From Alkanindiges sp. WGS2144 (lineage in GTDB: Bacteria > Pseudomonadota > Gammaproteobacteria > Pseudomonadales > Moraxellaceae): 32,000 nucleotides of DNA. Position numbers and translations under genes: made by a program. The notes under the pieces were generated by a model that saw only the letters and a list, made by a program, of their open reading frames with translations, had not been told where the DNA came from and did not search any database. The number at the start of each line of letters is the position of its first letter. The first letter of the stretch is position 1. This document shows positions 18,024 to 26,660 of this stretch, piece after piece. Where the stretch lies: assembly GCF_043950625.1 (NCBI RefSeq), contig NZ_CP171007.1. One strand, 5' to 3'.

Positions 18024-19502
18024 ATGAAACTGAATCTACAAAACAAACTTTTACCCAGTCAGGACAGTAGTGATGTACTGGTGCTTATTCTGGATCAAAA
18101 CGCCCTGACCCAGGCTCATGACTACCTGCCTGCGTCCATACAAGAACAGCTAAATACAAATATCGCACGGGCGCAGTTTAAGGCAAAACTTGGTGATAGC
18201 CTGCCCATTTATCAGCTACAGGGTGCTGACTTCAATCAGGTTTTGCTCGTGGGCGCGGGAGAGCTGGATAAACTGAACGCAGGGCAAAGCCAGACACTCG
18301 CTAATACCATTTATAAGGCCTTAAGTAATCGTGTTAAAAATGCAGTGATCTCACTGGACGCCCTGAATGACCAGAACATTGAGCCTTTTGTACTTGCCTT
18401 AAGTAACGCCGCTTATCGCTTTGAGGTATATAAAAGCAAAAAAAGCGAAACTGTTCTGGAACATATTACCCTGCATAGTACCCGCGCCGATGAACTGCGT
18501 AGCCGTATTGACTACTTGCAGGCGGTGTACAAAGGCCAGTCGCTGGCGCGGGACGTTGCCAACCACCCCGGCAATATCTGTCATCCTGAATATATGGCCG
18601 AGCAGGCACAGCAACTGGCAGCACAATATCCTGAATTGCTCAAAGTGACTGTGCTGGATGAAGCCGCCATGCAGGAACTGGGCATGAACGCCTTGCTGGC
18701 AGTCAGCCGTGGCTCTGAACGTGAGGCACGTCTGGTATTGCTGGAATACGCTGGTAAGAAGGGTCAGGGCAAGCAGGACCAATCCAAACCGGTGGTGCTG
18801 GTGGGCAAAGGCATTACCTTTGATACCGGTGGTATTTCCATTAAACCTGCTGCCGGCATGGACGAAATGAAATTTGACATGGGCGGAGCTGCCTCAGTGC
18901 TTGGCACCCTACAAGCCCTGTGCGAAGCCAGATTACCGGTCAACGTGGTCGGCACCATGGTTTGTGCCGAAAATATGCCTTCAGGCCGGGCGACTCGTCC
19001 CGGTGATGTTGTCACCACCATGAGTGGTCAGACTGTTGAAATTTTAAACACCGATGCTGAAGGTCGTCTGGTGCTGTGCGATGCGCTGACTTATATCAAG
19101 CGCTTTGAACCCGACACCGTCATTGATATTGCCACCTTAACCGGTGCCTGCGTGGTTGCACTGGGTAAGGTAGTAGCAGGTCTATTTAGCCCGGATGATG
19201 AGCTGGCCAATCAACTGCTACAGGCCGGTCAAACTGCACACGACCGGGTGTGGCGTATGCCGGTGCTGGATGACTATCAGGAACTACTGGACTCACCAAT
19301 TGCCGATATGGGTAATATTGGCGGGCCTTATGGTGGTGCCATTACCGCAGCCTGTTTCCTGCAACGTTTTACCAAGGAATACCGTTGGGCACATCTGGAC
19401 ATTGCCGGTGTTGCCTGGATTTCTGGCAGTAACAAAGGCGCGACTGGCCGCCCGGTTCCCCTGCTCATGCAATTTTTACGCGATCGGGCACACACTGCCT
19501 AG
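18024..19502 (+). CDS. pepA: Leucyl aminopeptidase (M17)
   Basis: 492 aa. VGKGITFDTGGISIKP and the NTDAEGRLVLCDAL signature are present. Confidence 0.95.
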   Translation: MKLNLQNKLLPSQDSSDVLVLILDQNALTQAHDYLPASIQEQLNTNIARAQFKAKLGDSLPIYQLQGADFNQVLLVGAGELDKLNAGQSQTLANTIYKALSNRVKNAVISLDALNDQNIEPFVLALSNAAYRFEVYKSKKSETVLEHITLHSTRADELRSRIDYLQAVYKGQSLARDVANHPGNICHPEYMAEQAQQLAAQYPELLKVTVLDEAAMQELGMNALLAVSRGSEREARLVLLEYAGKKGQGKQDQSKPVVLVGKGITFDTGGISIKPAAGMDEMKFDMGGAASVLGTLQALCEARLPVNVVGTMVCAENMPSGRATRPGDVVTTMSGQTVEILNTDAEGRLVLCDALTYIKRFEPDTVIDIATLTGACVVALGKVVAGLFSPDDELANQLLQAGQTAHDRVWRMPVLDDYQELLDSPIADMGNIGGPYGGAITAACFLQRFTKEYRWAHLDIAGVAWISGSNKGATGRPVPLLMQFLRDRAHTA

Positions 19503-19505
19503 GGT

Positions 19506-19910
19506 ATGGCAGCAGTCAGCTTTTATTTGATTCAACAGCAGATTGGGCAGCTAGAACTGGCTTGCCGGATCTGCCGCAAAAGTGCGATGACAGGCAGGCA
19601 ATCTCTGCTGGTCAAATTTGATCAGCAGGACGTGCTGCAACAATTTGATGACTTACTGTGGCAGTTTGACCCCAGTAGTTTTATTCCACATGATATTGAT
19701 GACCCCAGCAGCCCGATCTGCCTGAGTTTGCAGATACCAGATAACTTTAGCGGGATTTGTCTTAATCTGGGTGAAGGCATTGTTGACCCTAAGCGCTTTG
19801 AGCATGTGCTGGAGATTGTGGAAAATGATGAACCTGCACGTGCCCATAGCCGCATGCGCTTTAGGGCGTATCGGGAACAGGGCATTGAGCCGGTAGTGCA
19901 TCAGGTATAG
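19506..19910 (+). CDS. holC: DNA polymerase III subunit chi
   Basis: 134 aa. SFYLI..., LLWQFDPSSFIPH (compare E. coli ALWARPAESFVPH) and the position immediately after pepA support the call. Confidence 0.85.
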   Translation: MAAVSFYLIQQQIGQLELACRICRKSAMTGRQSLLVKFDQQDVLQQFDDLLWQFDPSSFIPHDIDDPSSPICLSLQIPDNFSGICLNLGEGIVDPKRFEHVLEIVENDEPARAHSRMRFRAYREQGIEPVVHQV

Positions 19911-19956
19911 GCATATACGTTATGGTTAAGCTTTTATATTCATTTGGGGACAAAAT

Positions 19957-20655
19957 ATGGCACTCAATGTAGGCCGGGATTTTCAATCACGCTGGCTGGC
20001 CGCGCCCGAAGCCATACGTCAGCAAGTGTTTAGTGAATTAAACAGCATTTGCCACCTGCTGGAGCAGGATACCGATTTTGCCCAGTGGCAGGCAAAAGAC
20101 CATGAACGTGACCAGCAACAGCAGGCCTTGGTCAAAGCCGCACTGGAAGAACAGCAGCGTCAAGAAGCACTGCAACAGCAACAGGCACGTGAAAAAGCTA
20201 AAGCTGAAGAACAGGAACGCCTGCGGCAGGCACAGCTTGTCCGTGAGCAGGCCGAAGCCGAACAACAGCGTGAGCAGGAAAGACTTGCCAGACAACAGGC
20301 AGAAGAAGCAGCGCGGCTGGAACAGCAACGGCTGGCTGAGCAGGAAGAATTGCAACGACTAGAACAGGAACAGCGCGAACTGGAAGAAAAGCAGCTGGCA
20401 GAACAACAGGCCGCACAGCTGAGACAGCAACAGCTTGCCCAAGAGCAAGTTACCCAAAAACAGTTAGCTCAGAAACACGAGCAGCCAGCCCCACCCAGCA
20501 GCCTTATCCAGCAGCTTGAGGATGCGCTATGGCTGGAAGCTGAAATCTATATTGAAGAAACCCTGCAACAGCTTAGCGAGCGCTTAAGGCAGCAGGCTAA
20601 AATTGAAATTAAGCAGATTGTGAATCAACAAATGGATGAGTTAAAACCGGAATAA
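19957..20655 (+). CDS. Gln/Glu-rich coiled-coil protein of unknown function
   Basis: 232 aa. A roughly 45-aa N-terminal segment and a roughly 55-aa C-terminal segment flank a low-complexity Q/E/A/R/L core of about 130 aa (EEQQRQEALQQQQAREKAKAEEQERLRQAQ...). The SD GGGGA lies 7 nt upstream of the ATG. Confidence 0.65.
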   Translation: MALNVGRDFQSRWLAAPEAIRQQVFSELNSICHLLEQDTDFAQWQAKDHERDQQQQALVKAALEEQQRQEALQQQQAREKAKAEEQERLRQAQLVREQAEAEQQREQERLARQQAEEAARLEQQRLAEQEELQRLEQEQRELEEKQLAEQQAAQLRQQQLAQEQVTQKQLAQKHEQPAPPSSLIQQLEDALWLEAEIYIEETLQQLSERLRQQAKIEIKQIVNQQMDELKPE

Positions 20656-20703
20656 ACGGATTGCACATATCCTAAATTGAGCAAAACCTCTACTTAGCCT
20701 CAC

Positions 20704-21369
20704 CTAGCGCAAAAAGCCATTGCTGGCTAGAAAATCCATATCAATACTGCTATTTTTGGCGGTGGCCTGTGCTGCCTTATCGTCCAGTAGTAAGCGCTCC
20801 AGATAACGTGCCAATACATCTACTTCCAGATTCACCTGAGTACCTACCTGCCAATCGCCAATGGTAGTGTGAGCCGCCGTATGCGGTACCAGATTCAGAC
20901 TAAACAGGGCACCATTTAAATGATTAATGGTCAGGCTAATGCCATCCACGGTAATGGAGCCTTTTTCAGCCAGATATTTAGCCAGTGCATCGGGTGCCCT
21001 GACTTCAAAATACAACGAGCGGGCATCTTTACGCGCCAGCATAATCTCGCCCAGGGCATCCACATGGCCACTGACCAGATGACCACCCAGCCGCGTCGTG
21101 GGCAACAGAGCTTTTTCCAGATTAACCCGGCTACCGGTTTTCCACTGCTTTAAGGTGCTACGGCTAATGGTTTCCAGAGACACATCCGCAGTGTACCAGC
21201 CCTTACCAAAATCAGTCACGGTCAGGCAAACCCCACTGGTGGCAATGGAATCGCCCAGCTTGACATCATCCATATCCAGAGTGCCCGCATCAATACGCAA
21301 ATGCACATCGCCTGCACTGTGCTGAATGGAGGCTACTTTTCCCACTGCTTCAATAATGCCCGTAAACAT
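20704..21369 (-). CDS. ribE: Riboflavin synthase (alpha chain)
   Basis: 221 aa. MFTGIIEAVGKV, the duplicated lumazine-binding repeats (GDSIATSGVCLTV / GSITVDGISLTI) and GGHLVSGHVD are present. The gene is called ribC in E. coli nomenclature. Confidence 0.95.
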   Translation of the reverse strand: MFTGIIEAVGKVASIQHSAGDVHLRIDAGTLDMDDVKLGDSIATSGVCLTVTDFGKGWYTADVSLETISRSTLKQWKTGSRVNLEKALLPTTRLGGHLVSGHVDALGEIMLARKDARSLYFEVRAPDALAKYLAEKGSITVDGISLTINHLNGALFSLNLVPHTAAHTTIGDWQVGTQVNLEVDVLARYLERLLLDDKAAQATAKNSSIDMDFLASNGFLR

Positions 21370-21450
21370 TGCGCTATTGTTTTAACCTGTCAAAAACCTG
21401 CTTAAGTTAAGACTATTATATCCTCTTCACTCACAAAAGGTATGCAATGC

Positions 21451-21771
21451 TTAACGCGCCGCCTGATTGCACTGAGCCAGCTCAGTCGATTTTGCCGGCC
21501 ACATCTTGCCAGCGCTATTTTTGTAATAACTGATTTTACCAACACGCATGACCAGGTTCTGGCAGGAATCCATGGACAAGTCATCACCCCAGGGGCCGGT
21601 CAGGCTACAGGCTTTGCCATTGCACTGCCAGCTAATTACCGGGCCGCCCTCAATGGGAACAGTTACCTTGCCTTGATGACTGCTGCCCGCTGTCCAGGTA
21701 GTGGCAAAACTAAACGATGACAGTAAAAGTAATCCAGTCAATAGGCCAGTCTTTTTCAGCTGCTTTTGCAT
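21451..21771 (-). CDS. Small secreted/periplasmic protein with four Cys, unknown function
   Basis: 106 aa. The signal peptide is MQKQLKKTGLLTGLLLLSSFSFA|TT. The mature part of about 83 aa has 4 Cys (WQCNGKAC...DSC...AQC). The SD AAGGA lies 6 nt upstream of the ATG. Confidence 0.7.
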   Translation of the reverse strand: MQKQLKKTGLLTGLLLLSSFSFATTWTAGSSHQGKVTVPIEGGPVISWQCNGKACSLTGPWGDDLSMDSCQNLVMRVGKISYYKNSAGKMWPAKSTELAQCNQAAR

Positions 21772-21794
21772 GATTTTTCCTTATTGTTACTGCA

Positions 21795-21822
21795 ATATTA
21801 TCAATAAATGAGCAACAGGCAA
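21795..21822 (-). promoter_or_regulatory. Candidate sigma70 promoter for the small secreted protein (and possibly ribE)
   Basis: On the minus strand, TTGCCT (21822-21817), a 16-nt spacer and TAATAT (21800-21795) lie about 25 nt upstream of the ATG at 21771. Confidence 0.4.
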
Positions 21823-21917
21823 CACTATTATGCTCATGGCTCCCGCCTAGCTTAAAGCAAGTTTGGCCGGGCTGACTGGCAAAAGTGTGAATAATTGTTT
21901 TTTAACTAATGGACTAT

Positions 21918-23210
21918 CTACCACAATGCCAGCTGGGTACTAGGGCCAGAAGTGTCTACCCCGCCAAGCTCGGCAAAATGGTACAACTGACCCAAAAGCT
22001 GGTTTAATGGCGGCCCGGACTTGGCTTGGGTATCAGTAATCACAATAAATTCAAGGGTACGCGCCCGCTCGGACTGGCGTTGTTTGCTTACGCGGTAACG
22101 TGGCACGTCCTGAGTTAATAAAGAAACCCGGCCACGCTCCAGATTGGCCTTAAGCAAGTCCTTGGGTGCAATATTGCCATCAGTGCTATAACTGGTAAGA
22201 ATAAAACGCGAATTAATGGTCGCCACCAGTTCCTGATAGGCTTCGGTGGCATATTTGGCGGAGTTATAGGGGCTGGGGCGTTCTTTACGCCATGCCCGAT
22301 CAATTCCGCTTTTATAGCCCGGTGTATCTGGCGTAGGCAAATCCACCTGATCCCACAAGGTTAGGGCATTTAGCACGTGATAATTACTGCTGTAGGCATG
22401 CTGGTTATAAGGCGGGTCAAGGTAGGTCACATCCACTTTAAATGAGGCCATTTGTTTTGCCAGATAGTGTGCGTCCACACACCACATTTCTGCGGCCAGC
22501 TGGTTCGGGTTGCCAATAGGACAAAATCGGCTGGGACTAAGCCACAGCAACGAATCAATCCGTTCCAGTGCCGTTTGGGTTCTGCCACCCCAGCCCTGAT
22601 GAAAACTCTTAAATACACCACTGGTGTTACTGACAAAGCTGGCCGAATATAAAAGCGGTGCCAACAGGGCGCTCATTTCAATGGGGTCGATCAAGCCCTG
22701 AAGCTGCCACTGGCTAATCTGGTTACGAATGGCATCAATGCGCATCCCATTACGGCGCTTAAAAAACAGGCGATCCAGCGCAGGATCATAATAGTCATCA
22801 TCTCGCGGGCACAGGTTACGGGTAACCCAGCCGGCCTGCTCCGGCAAGCTATTCAGCTGGTCGATAGCGGCCTGGTAACCACCCAGCCCGGCAAAATCAG
22901 GTGCCTCCACACAGGCCAAGAGCGCATGGTTCAGGGCATGACTATAAGGCTCCCAGTCATTGGCAATCACCCGGTAGCCATTTTGCCGGGCCAGCCGTGA
23001 CACCACCCCACTGCCGGCAAACAGGTCGGCAAAAATCGGTGCCTTTTTGCTTTTTTTATTGAGGGTGCCGGTTTGTTCCAGTGCAGCCAGAATCAGGTGA
23101 AGTAGACGACGCTTGTTGCCCAGATAAGGCACTAACTGATGAAACAGATAATCATCAGTGGTTCGCGCAGCGTGGCGACGCTTGTGATACACATTGACTT
23201 CAGTATTCAT
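21918..23210 (-). CDS. Site-specific DNA N6-adenine methyltransferase, alpha class (D12/Dam-like superfamily); no partner endonuclease in the window
   Basis: 430 aa. PYLGNKRRLL is at aa 28-37. The AdoMet motif I FADLFAGSGVV is at aa 60-70 and the catalytic motif IV DPPY at aa 265-268 (nt 22407-22418). Motif I upstream of motif IV with a long intervening region gives the alpha-class order. Confidence 0.85.
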   Translation of the reverse strand: MNTEVNVYHKRRHAARTTDDYLFHQLVPYLGNKRRLLHLILAALEQTGTLNKKSKKAPIFADLFAGSGVVSRLARQNGYRVIANDWEPYSHALNHALLACVEAPDFAGLGGYQAAIDQLNSLPEQAGWVTRNLCPRDDDYYDPALDRLFFKRRNGMRIDAIRNQISQWQLQGLIDPIEMSALLAPLLYSASFVSNTSGVFKSFHQGWGGRTQTALERIDSLLWLSPSRFCPIGNPNQLAAEMWCVDAHYLAKQMASFKVDVTYLDPPYNQHAYSSNYHVLNALTLWDQVDLPTPDTPGYKSGIDRAWRKERPSPYNSAKYATEAYQELVATINSRFILTSYSTDGNIAPKDLLKANLERGRVSLLTQDVPRYRVSKQRQSERARTLEFIVITDTQAKSGPPLNQLLGQLYHFAELGGVDTSGPSTQLALW

Positions 23211-23250
23211 CGCTCTACGCTATTGAAAAATAAATGGTTGCAGCAACATG

Positions 23251-24312
23251 TCAAACCTCAGGTTTCAGGATCAAACGAATATCCGCTCCAACCTGAGTAA
23301 GCCCCTGCAATTCTAACCGATATTGCTCGCACATTTGCGTCAAAGACAAATTAAACATGGGGCGAGCCTGACTGCCCAGCAAGGTAGGCGCCAGATACAC
23401 AATGAGCTCATCGACCAGATTTTGTCGCAGGAATTCTCCTGCCAGTGTCGGGCCTGCCTCCACCAGCACATCATAGACCTGTTTTTGTTGCTTGAGCTGA
23501 TCCAGAAGGCTGGCAAGGCTCATATCCGGCCAGTGCTCCACATGCGGAGCAATTTCTGGCAGCGTACCAACCAGAAGTAAATGCGCTGGTTGTTGCAGCA
23601 GTTGAGCCTCTAGCGGAAACCGGCTGTTACGATCCAGCACCACGCGCAGCGGCTGTACCACCTGCTCAACGGGGAAGTTGCCTGCTAACTGGCGTACATT
23701 TAAGGACGGATCATCAGCCAGCACAGTATTAATTCCCGTAATGACCGCACCACTCATAGCTCGCCAATGTTGTACGTCCAGCCGCGCCTCACTTCCAGTA
23801 ATCCACTTGGACTCACCAGAGGCCATTGCTGTACGTCCATCCAGACTGGCTGCCATTTTTAAGCGCACAAATGGCCTGCCACCTGCCATCACCTGCAAAA
23901 AACCCTTGTTTAAGGCTCGTGCCTCATGCTCCAGAACCCCTACTGTGGTGGCAATACCAGCCGCTTCCAGCATAGCTCTGCCCTGCCCGGCAACCAGAGG
24001 ATTGGGGTCGAGACTAGCCATCACTACCCGGCTGACACCTGCATCAATCAGCGCCTGGGCACAGGGCGGAGTTTTACCATAATGCGCACAGGGCTCTAAA
24101 GTGACATAAGCCGTGGCACCCCTGGCTGCTTCGCCGGCCTGTCTTAAGGCAAATACCTCAGCATGCGGCTGACCAGCCTGTGGATGAAACCCTTCACCTA
24201 TAACCCGTCCATCCTTAACGATCACACAGCCCACACACGGATTGGGACGCGTGCTGTATTGACCATGTCTGGCCAGTACTATGGCCTGCTGCATCAACTG
24301 CTGGTCATTCAT
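23251..24312 (-). CDS. ribD: Bifunctional diaminohydroxyphosphoribosylaminopyrimidine deaminase / 5-amino-6-(5-phosphoribosylamino)uracil reductase
   Basis: 353 aa. The CMP/dCMP deaminase zinc motifs (HAEVFAL ... TLEPCAHYGKTPPC) and the C-terminal reductase domain are present. The gene follows nrdR. Confidence 0.95.
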   Translation of the reverse strand: MNDQQLMQQAIVLARHGQYSTRPNPCVGCVIVKDGRVIGEGFHPQAGQPHAEVFALRQAGEAARGATAYVTLEPCAHYGKTPPCAQALIDAGVSRVVMASLDPNPLVAGQGRAMLEAAGIATTVGVLEHEARALNKGFLQVMAGGRPFVRLKMAASLDGRTAMASGESKWITGSEARLDVQHWRAMSGAVITGINTVLADDPSLNVRQLAGNFPVEQVVQPLRVVLDRNSRFPLEAQLLQQPAHLLLVGTLPEIAPHVEHWPDMSLASLLDQLKQQKQVYDVLVEAGPTLAGEFLRQNLVDELIVYLAPTLLGSQARPMFNLSLTQMCEQYRLELQGLTQVGADIRLILKPEV

Positions 24313-24317
24313 ACGCT

Positions 24318-24845
24318 TTATCGTTCGTTGCTTTTATCAATTTCACTACTATTTAAGGGAGCCGGAACATTTATTTTGTCACTGGTGAGGCTGCTGGACT
24401 TACCCATTTGTTCAATTTCACGCTTAAAGGCGTCTACATCCTGAAAGTCACGATACACCGAGGCAAAGCGCACGTAAGCCACATGATCCAGCTCATACAG
24501 CGCCTGCATTACAATTTCACCAATAGTCCGCGAGGTGACATCACGCTCACCCAGGCGGCGCAGGTGCTGGCCAATATCCAGTAAGGTGGCTTCAATCTGA
24601 TCCTGGCTTACTGGACGCTTTTGCAAGGCCAGTGTCAGCGAGTGACGCAGTTTATCGTCATCAAATGGCTCATTGCGGCCATTTGATTTAATCACGCGCG
24701 GCATGACCACATCGTAGGATTCAAACGTGGTAAAGCGATCACCGCAGGCCACACATTCCCGGCGCCGACGAATTTGCCGACCTTCTGCGGCCAGCCGCGA
24801 ATCAATGACTTTACTGTCTGGTGCATTACAAAATGGGCAGTGCAT
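24318..24845 (-). CDS. nrdR: Transcriptional repressor NrdR
   Basis: The N-terminal zinc ribbon is [17 protein letters not shown]...[12 protein letters not shown], followed by an ATP-cone. At 175 aa it includes a Ser/Asn-rich C-terminal tail. Confidence 0.95.
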   Translation of the reverse strand: MHCPFCNAPDSKVIDSRLAAEGRQIRRRRECVACGDRFTTFESYDVVMPRVIKSNGRNEPFDDDKLRHSLTLALQKRPVSQDQIEATLLDIGQHLRRLGERDVTSRTIGEIVMQALYELDHVAYVRFASVYRDFQDVDAFKREIEQMGKSSSLTSDKINVPAPLNSSEIDKSNER

Positions 24846-24953
24846 GTCAGCCGGTTTTATTGAACAATGATAAAGCAGTGTAGCAAAAATCCCGTGCCAG
24901 ATTAAGTAGCACTGTCAAACCGGCCGTAGATACAGGCAAAAGGAGAGCTATGC

Positions 24954-25358
24954 ATGATTTATTGCAAGCGAGTGTATGAGGCCGCTCATCCCAATGATGG
25001 CAAGCGCATTCTGGTAGATCGTCTATGGCCGCGCGGCCTGCGTAAAGACCAGCTGATTATGGATCAGTGGCTTAAGGAAGTCGCACCCTCTACAGCGTTG
25101 CGACAATGGTTTCATGCACACATGGAACAAACTGAAGAATTTCGGACTCGCTACCGCAATGAGCTGGCAGGGCATCCAGAACACTGGCTAGCCCTGCTGG
25201 ACATCGCACGGGCTGAACCTCTAACCCTGCTGTATGCAGCACGTCAGATGGAGCACAGCCATGCATCTGTACTGGCTGAATTCCTGGAAGATGAACTGGA
25301 CAAGTGGCAGGACAACACCTCTCCAGTCTGCTATGCACATCTGCATTCCCAGCCTTAG
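24954..25358 (+). CDS. DUF488 (YeaO-like) protein
   Basis: 134 aa. KRVYE...DGKRILVDRLWPRGLRKD...WLKEVAPSTALRQWF is the DUF488 signature. The SD AGGAG lies 8 nt upstream. Confidence 0.8.
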   Translation: MIYCKRVYEAAHPNDGKRILVDRLWPRGLRKDQLIMDQWLKEVAPSTALRQWFHAHMEQTEEFRTRYRNELAGHPEHWLALLDIARAEPLTLLYAARQMEHSHASVLAEFLEDELDKWQDNTSPVCYAHLHSQP

Positions 25359-25383
25359 CATCAGCAGGGCAGGCTAAGGCTGG
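25349..25383. terminator. Perfect 11-bp GC-rich inverted repeat between the convergent DUF488 and glnK genes (terminator-like hairpin)
   Basis: CCAGCCTTAGC (25349-25359) pairs with GCTAAGGCTGG (25373-25383) around a 13-nt loop. The left arm contains the DUF488 TAG stop (25356-25358). Only a short TTT follows on the plus strand. Confidence 0.5.
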
Positions 25384-25411
25384 TTTAGCAAATACTGGTC
25401 GTGGGTCGTCT

Positions 25412-25786
<375 letters not shown>

Positions 25787-25874
25787 TTAAAAGCATCTCA
25801 GCACCAGGTCTTGCAAAGAATAACTACCCTGCCAGCCTGCTTACTTTATAACGTATTTAAGCCCTAAATTATAC

Positions 25875-26660
25875 TTAGAATGCTTTACTTACACTCAACT
25901 GTAAACTGTTTTTACAGGTTTGCGCGTCAGCACAGCGACTGGTGCTTAAGGTATTACCCACCCAGGCCAGCTCCGCATTTAGACCCTGTACACCAAAAGT
26001 GGTGCCCAATTTATAGTCCGTATAGTGATCATCATTCCCGGTTGCATTTAAGGCACGGTTTAGCATACGGGCATTCTTAAACTGGTTATAGCCCAGGCTA
26101 GCCACCAACCCAAAGCCCGTCTCAGCCAGAGGCACGGCATAGCTGGCACTTAAATACCAAAAATCATCAGAATGCTGATAGTAACTACTGGAATAATTGA
26201 CTCCCAATCCCAGGGTATCGTTTGTAACCAGTGCCTGCGCAAAACCTAAACGAGCAAATAGCTCATTAAAATCTGGCTGATTACTGTCCACTGCGCTATT
26301 GCCCGAACCGGCAAAAATATAACGGATATACCCTACGTCCAGCCGGGATTCTACATTACGCAGCAAAGAAAGCCGGGTGGCATAGCCCAGTACTGCATCA
26401 AGCTCGGCACTACTTGGCTCACTCACGTTTGAACCCCATAGGCTGGCATACGCACCTGATTCATGGTTAAAGTTTATAGCACCCTGAATGGCCGGATTAT
26501 TACTGGTTCTGGAAACGCCACGAAAGCGGTAATCTGTACTAAGGCTAATATTTCCTGTGGTGCTAAGTCCTGGTAGTGTTAATACATCTGCCGCCTGCAC
26601 GGCCTGAGTAGTCAATATACCAACGCTGAGGAATGCCGCTGTTATTGTTAATGCTTTCAT
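25875..26660 (-). CDS. Outer-membrane beta-barrel protein, TorF/TIGR02001 (Gcw_chp)-like putative porin (paralogue 1)
   Basis: The ORF track starts at the TTG at 26672; I trimmed to the ATG at 26660. The signal peptide is MKALTITAAFLSVGILTTQAVQA|AD. It has the conserved TDYRFRGVS.TSNNPAIQG..N and a C-terminal aromatic residue (SVSKAF). It is clearly homologous to 28712..29458. Confidence 0.8.
   Translation of the reverse strand: MKALTITAAFLSVGILTTQAVQAADVLTLPGLSTTGNISLSTDYRFRGVSRTSNNPAIQGAINFNHESGAYASLWGSNVSEPSSAELDAVLGYATRLSLLRNVESRLDVGYIRYIFAGSGNSAVDSNQPDFNELFARLGFAQALVTNDTLGLGVNYSSSYYQHSDDFWYLSASYAVPLAETGFGLVASLGYNQFKNARMLNRALNATGNDDHYTDYKLGTTFGVQGLNAELAWVGNTLSTSRCADAQTCKNSLQLSVSKAF

Noticed and set aside
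1947-19901. Many 60-170-aa track ORFs lie antisense to or out of frame with conserved genes. Examples are 1913..2239, 2395..2724, 3456..3803, 5963..6481, 7040..7354, 7505..7819, 10484..10852, 13327..13680, 18399..18782 and 19622..19885.
   Set aside because: Each lies entirely within, or substantially overlaps, a longer ORF with unmistakable homology (lpxC, ftsZ, ftsQ, ddl, murC and others). They lack SD sequences and recognisable motifs, and I treat them as non-coding shadows.
20100-20480. The CAG/CAA/GAA-rich DNA considered as a tandem repeat or microsatellite array, and the long antisense or alternative-frame ORFs at 20038..20355, 20078..20362 and 20198..20416.
   Set aside because: I could identify no exact repeat unit. 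The bias is a consequence of the Q/E-rich coding frame. The other-frame ORFs are artefacts of low-complexity, stop-poor sequence.
21451-23210. A restriction-modification or other defence system built around the methyltransferase.
   Set aside because: There is no endonuclease-, helicase-, ATPase- or specificity-like ORF on either side. The only neighbour that is not a housekeeping gene is a 106-aa secreted protein. There are no mobile-element hallmarks or flanking repeats.
24318-24400. The NrdR C-terminal Ser/Asn-rich tail of about 25 aa (…[28 protein letters not shown]), which makes the protein longer than E. coli NrdR.
   Set aside because: This is probably a lineage-specific disordered tail. 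It has no motif or independent coding signal, so it is noted only for completeness.
24851-24925. A long-range inverted repeat, GCCGGTTT (24851-24858) / AAACCGGC (24918-24925), with a nested CAGTG/CACTG pair, in the nrdR/DUF488 divergent region.
   Set aside because: The arms are short, the loop is about 60 nt, and there is no associated T-run or known motif. Without conservation data it cannot be distinguished from chance.
25793-25808. A second sigma54-like string, CTGGTGCTGAGATGC, on the minus strand upstream of glnK.
   Set aside because: It has GG-N9-GC spacing and a poor -24 element (TGGTGC). It is probably a chance match.
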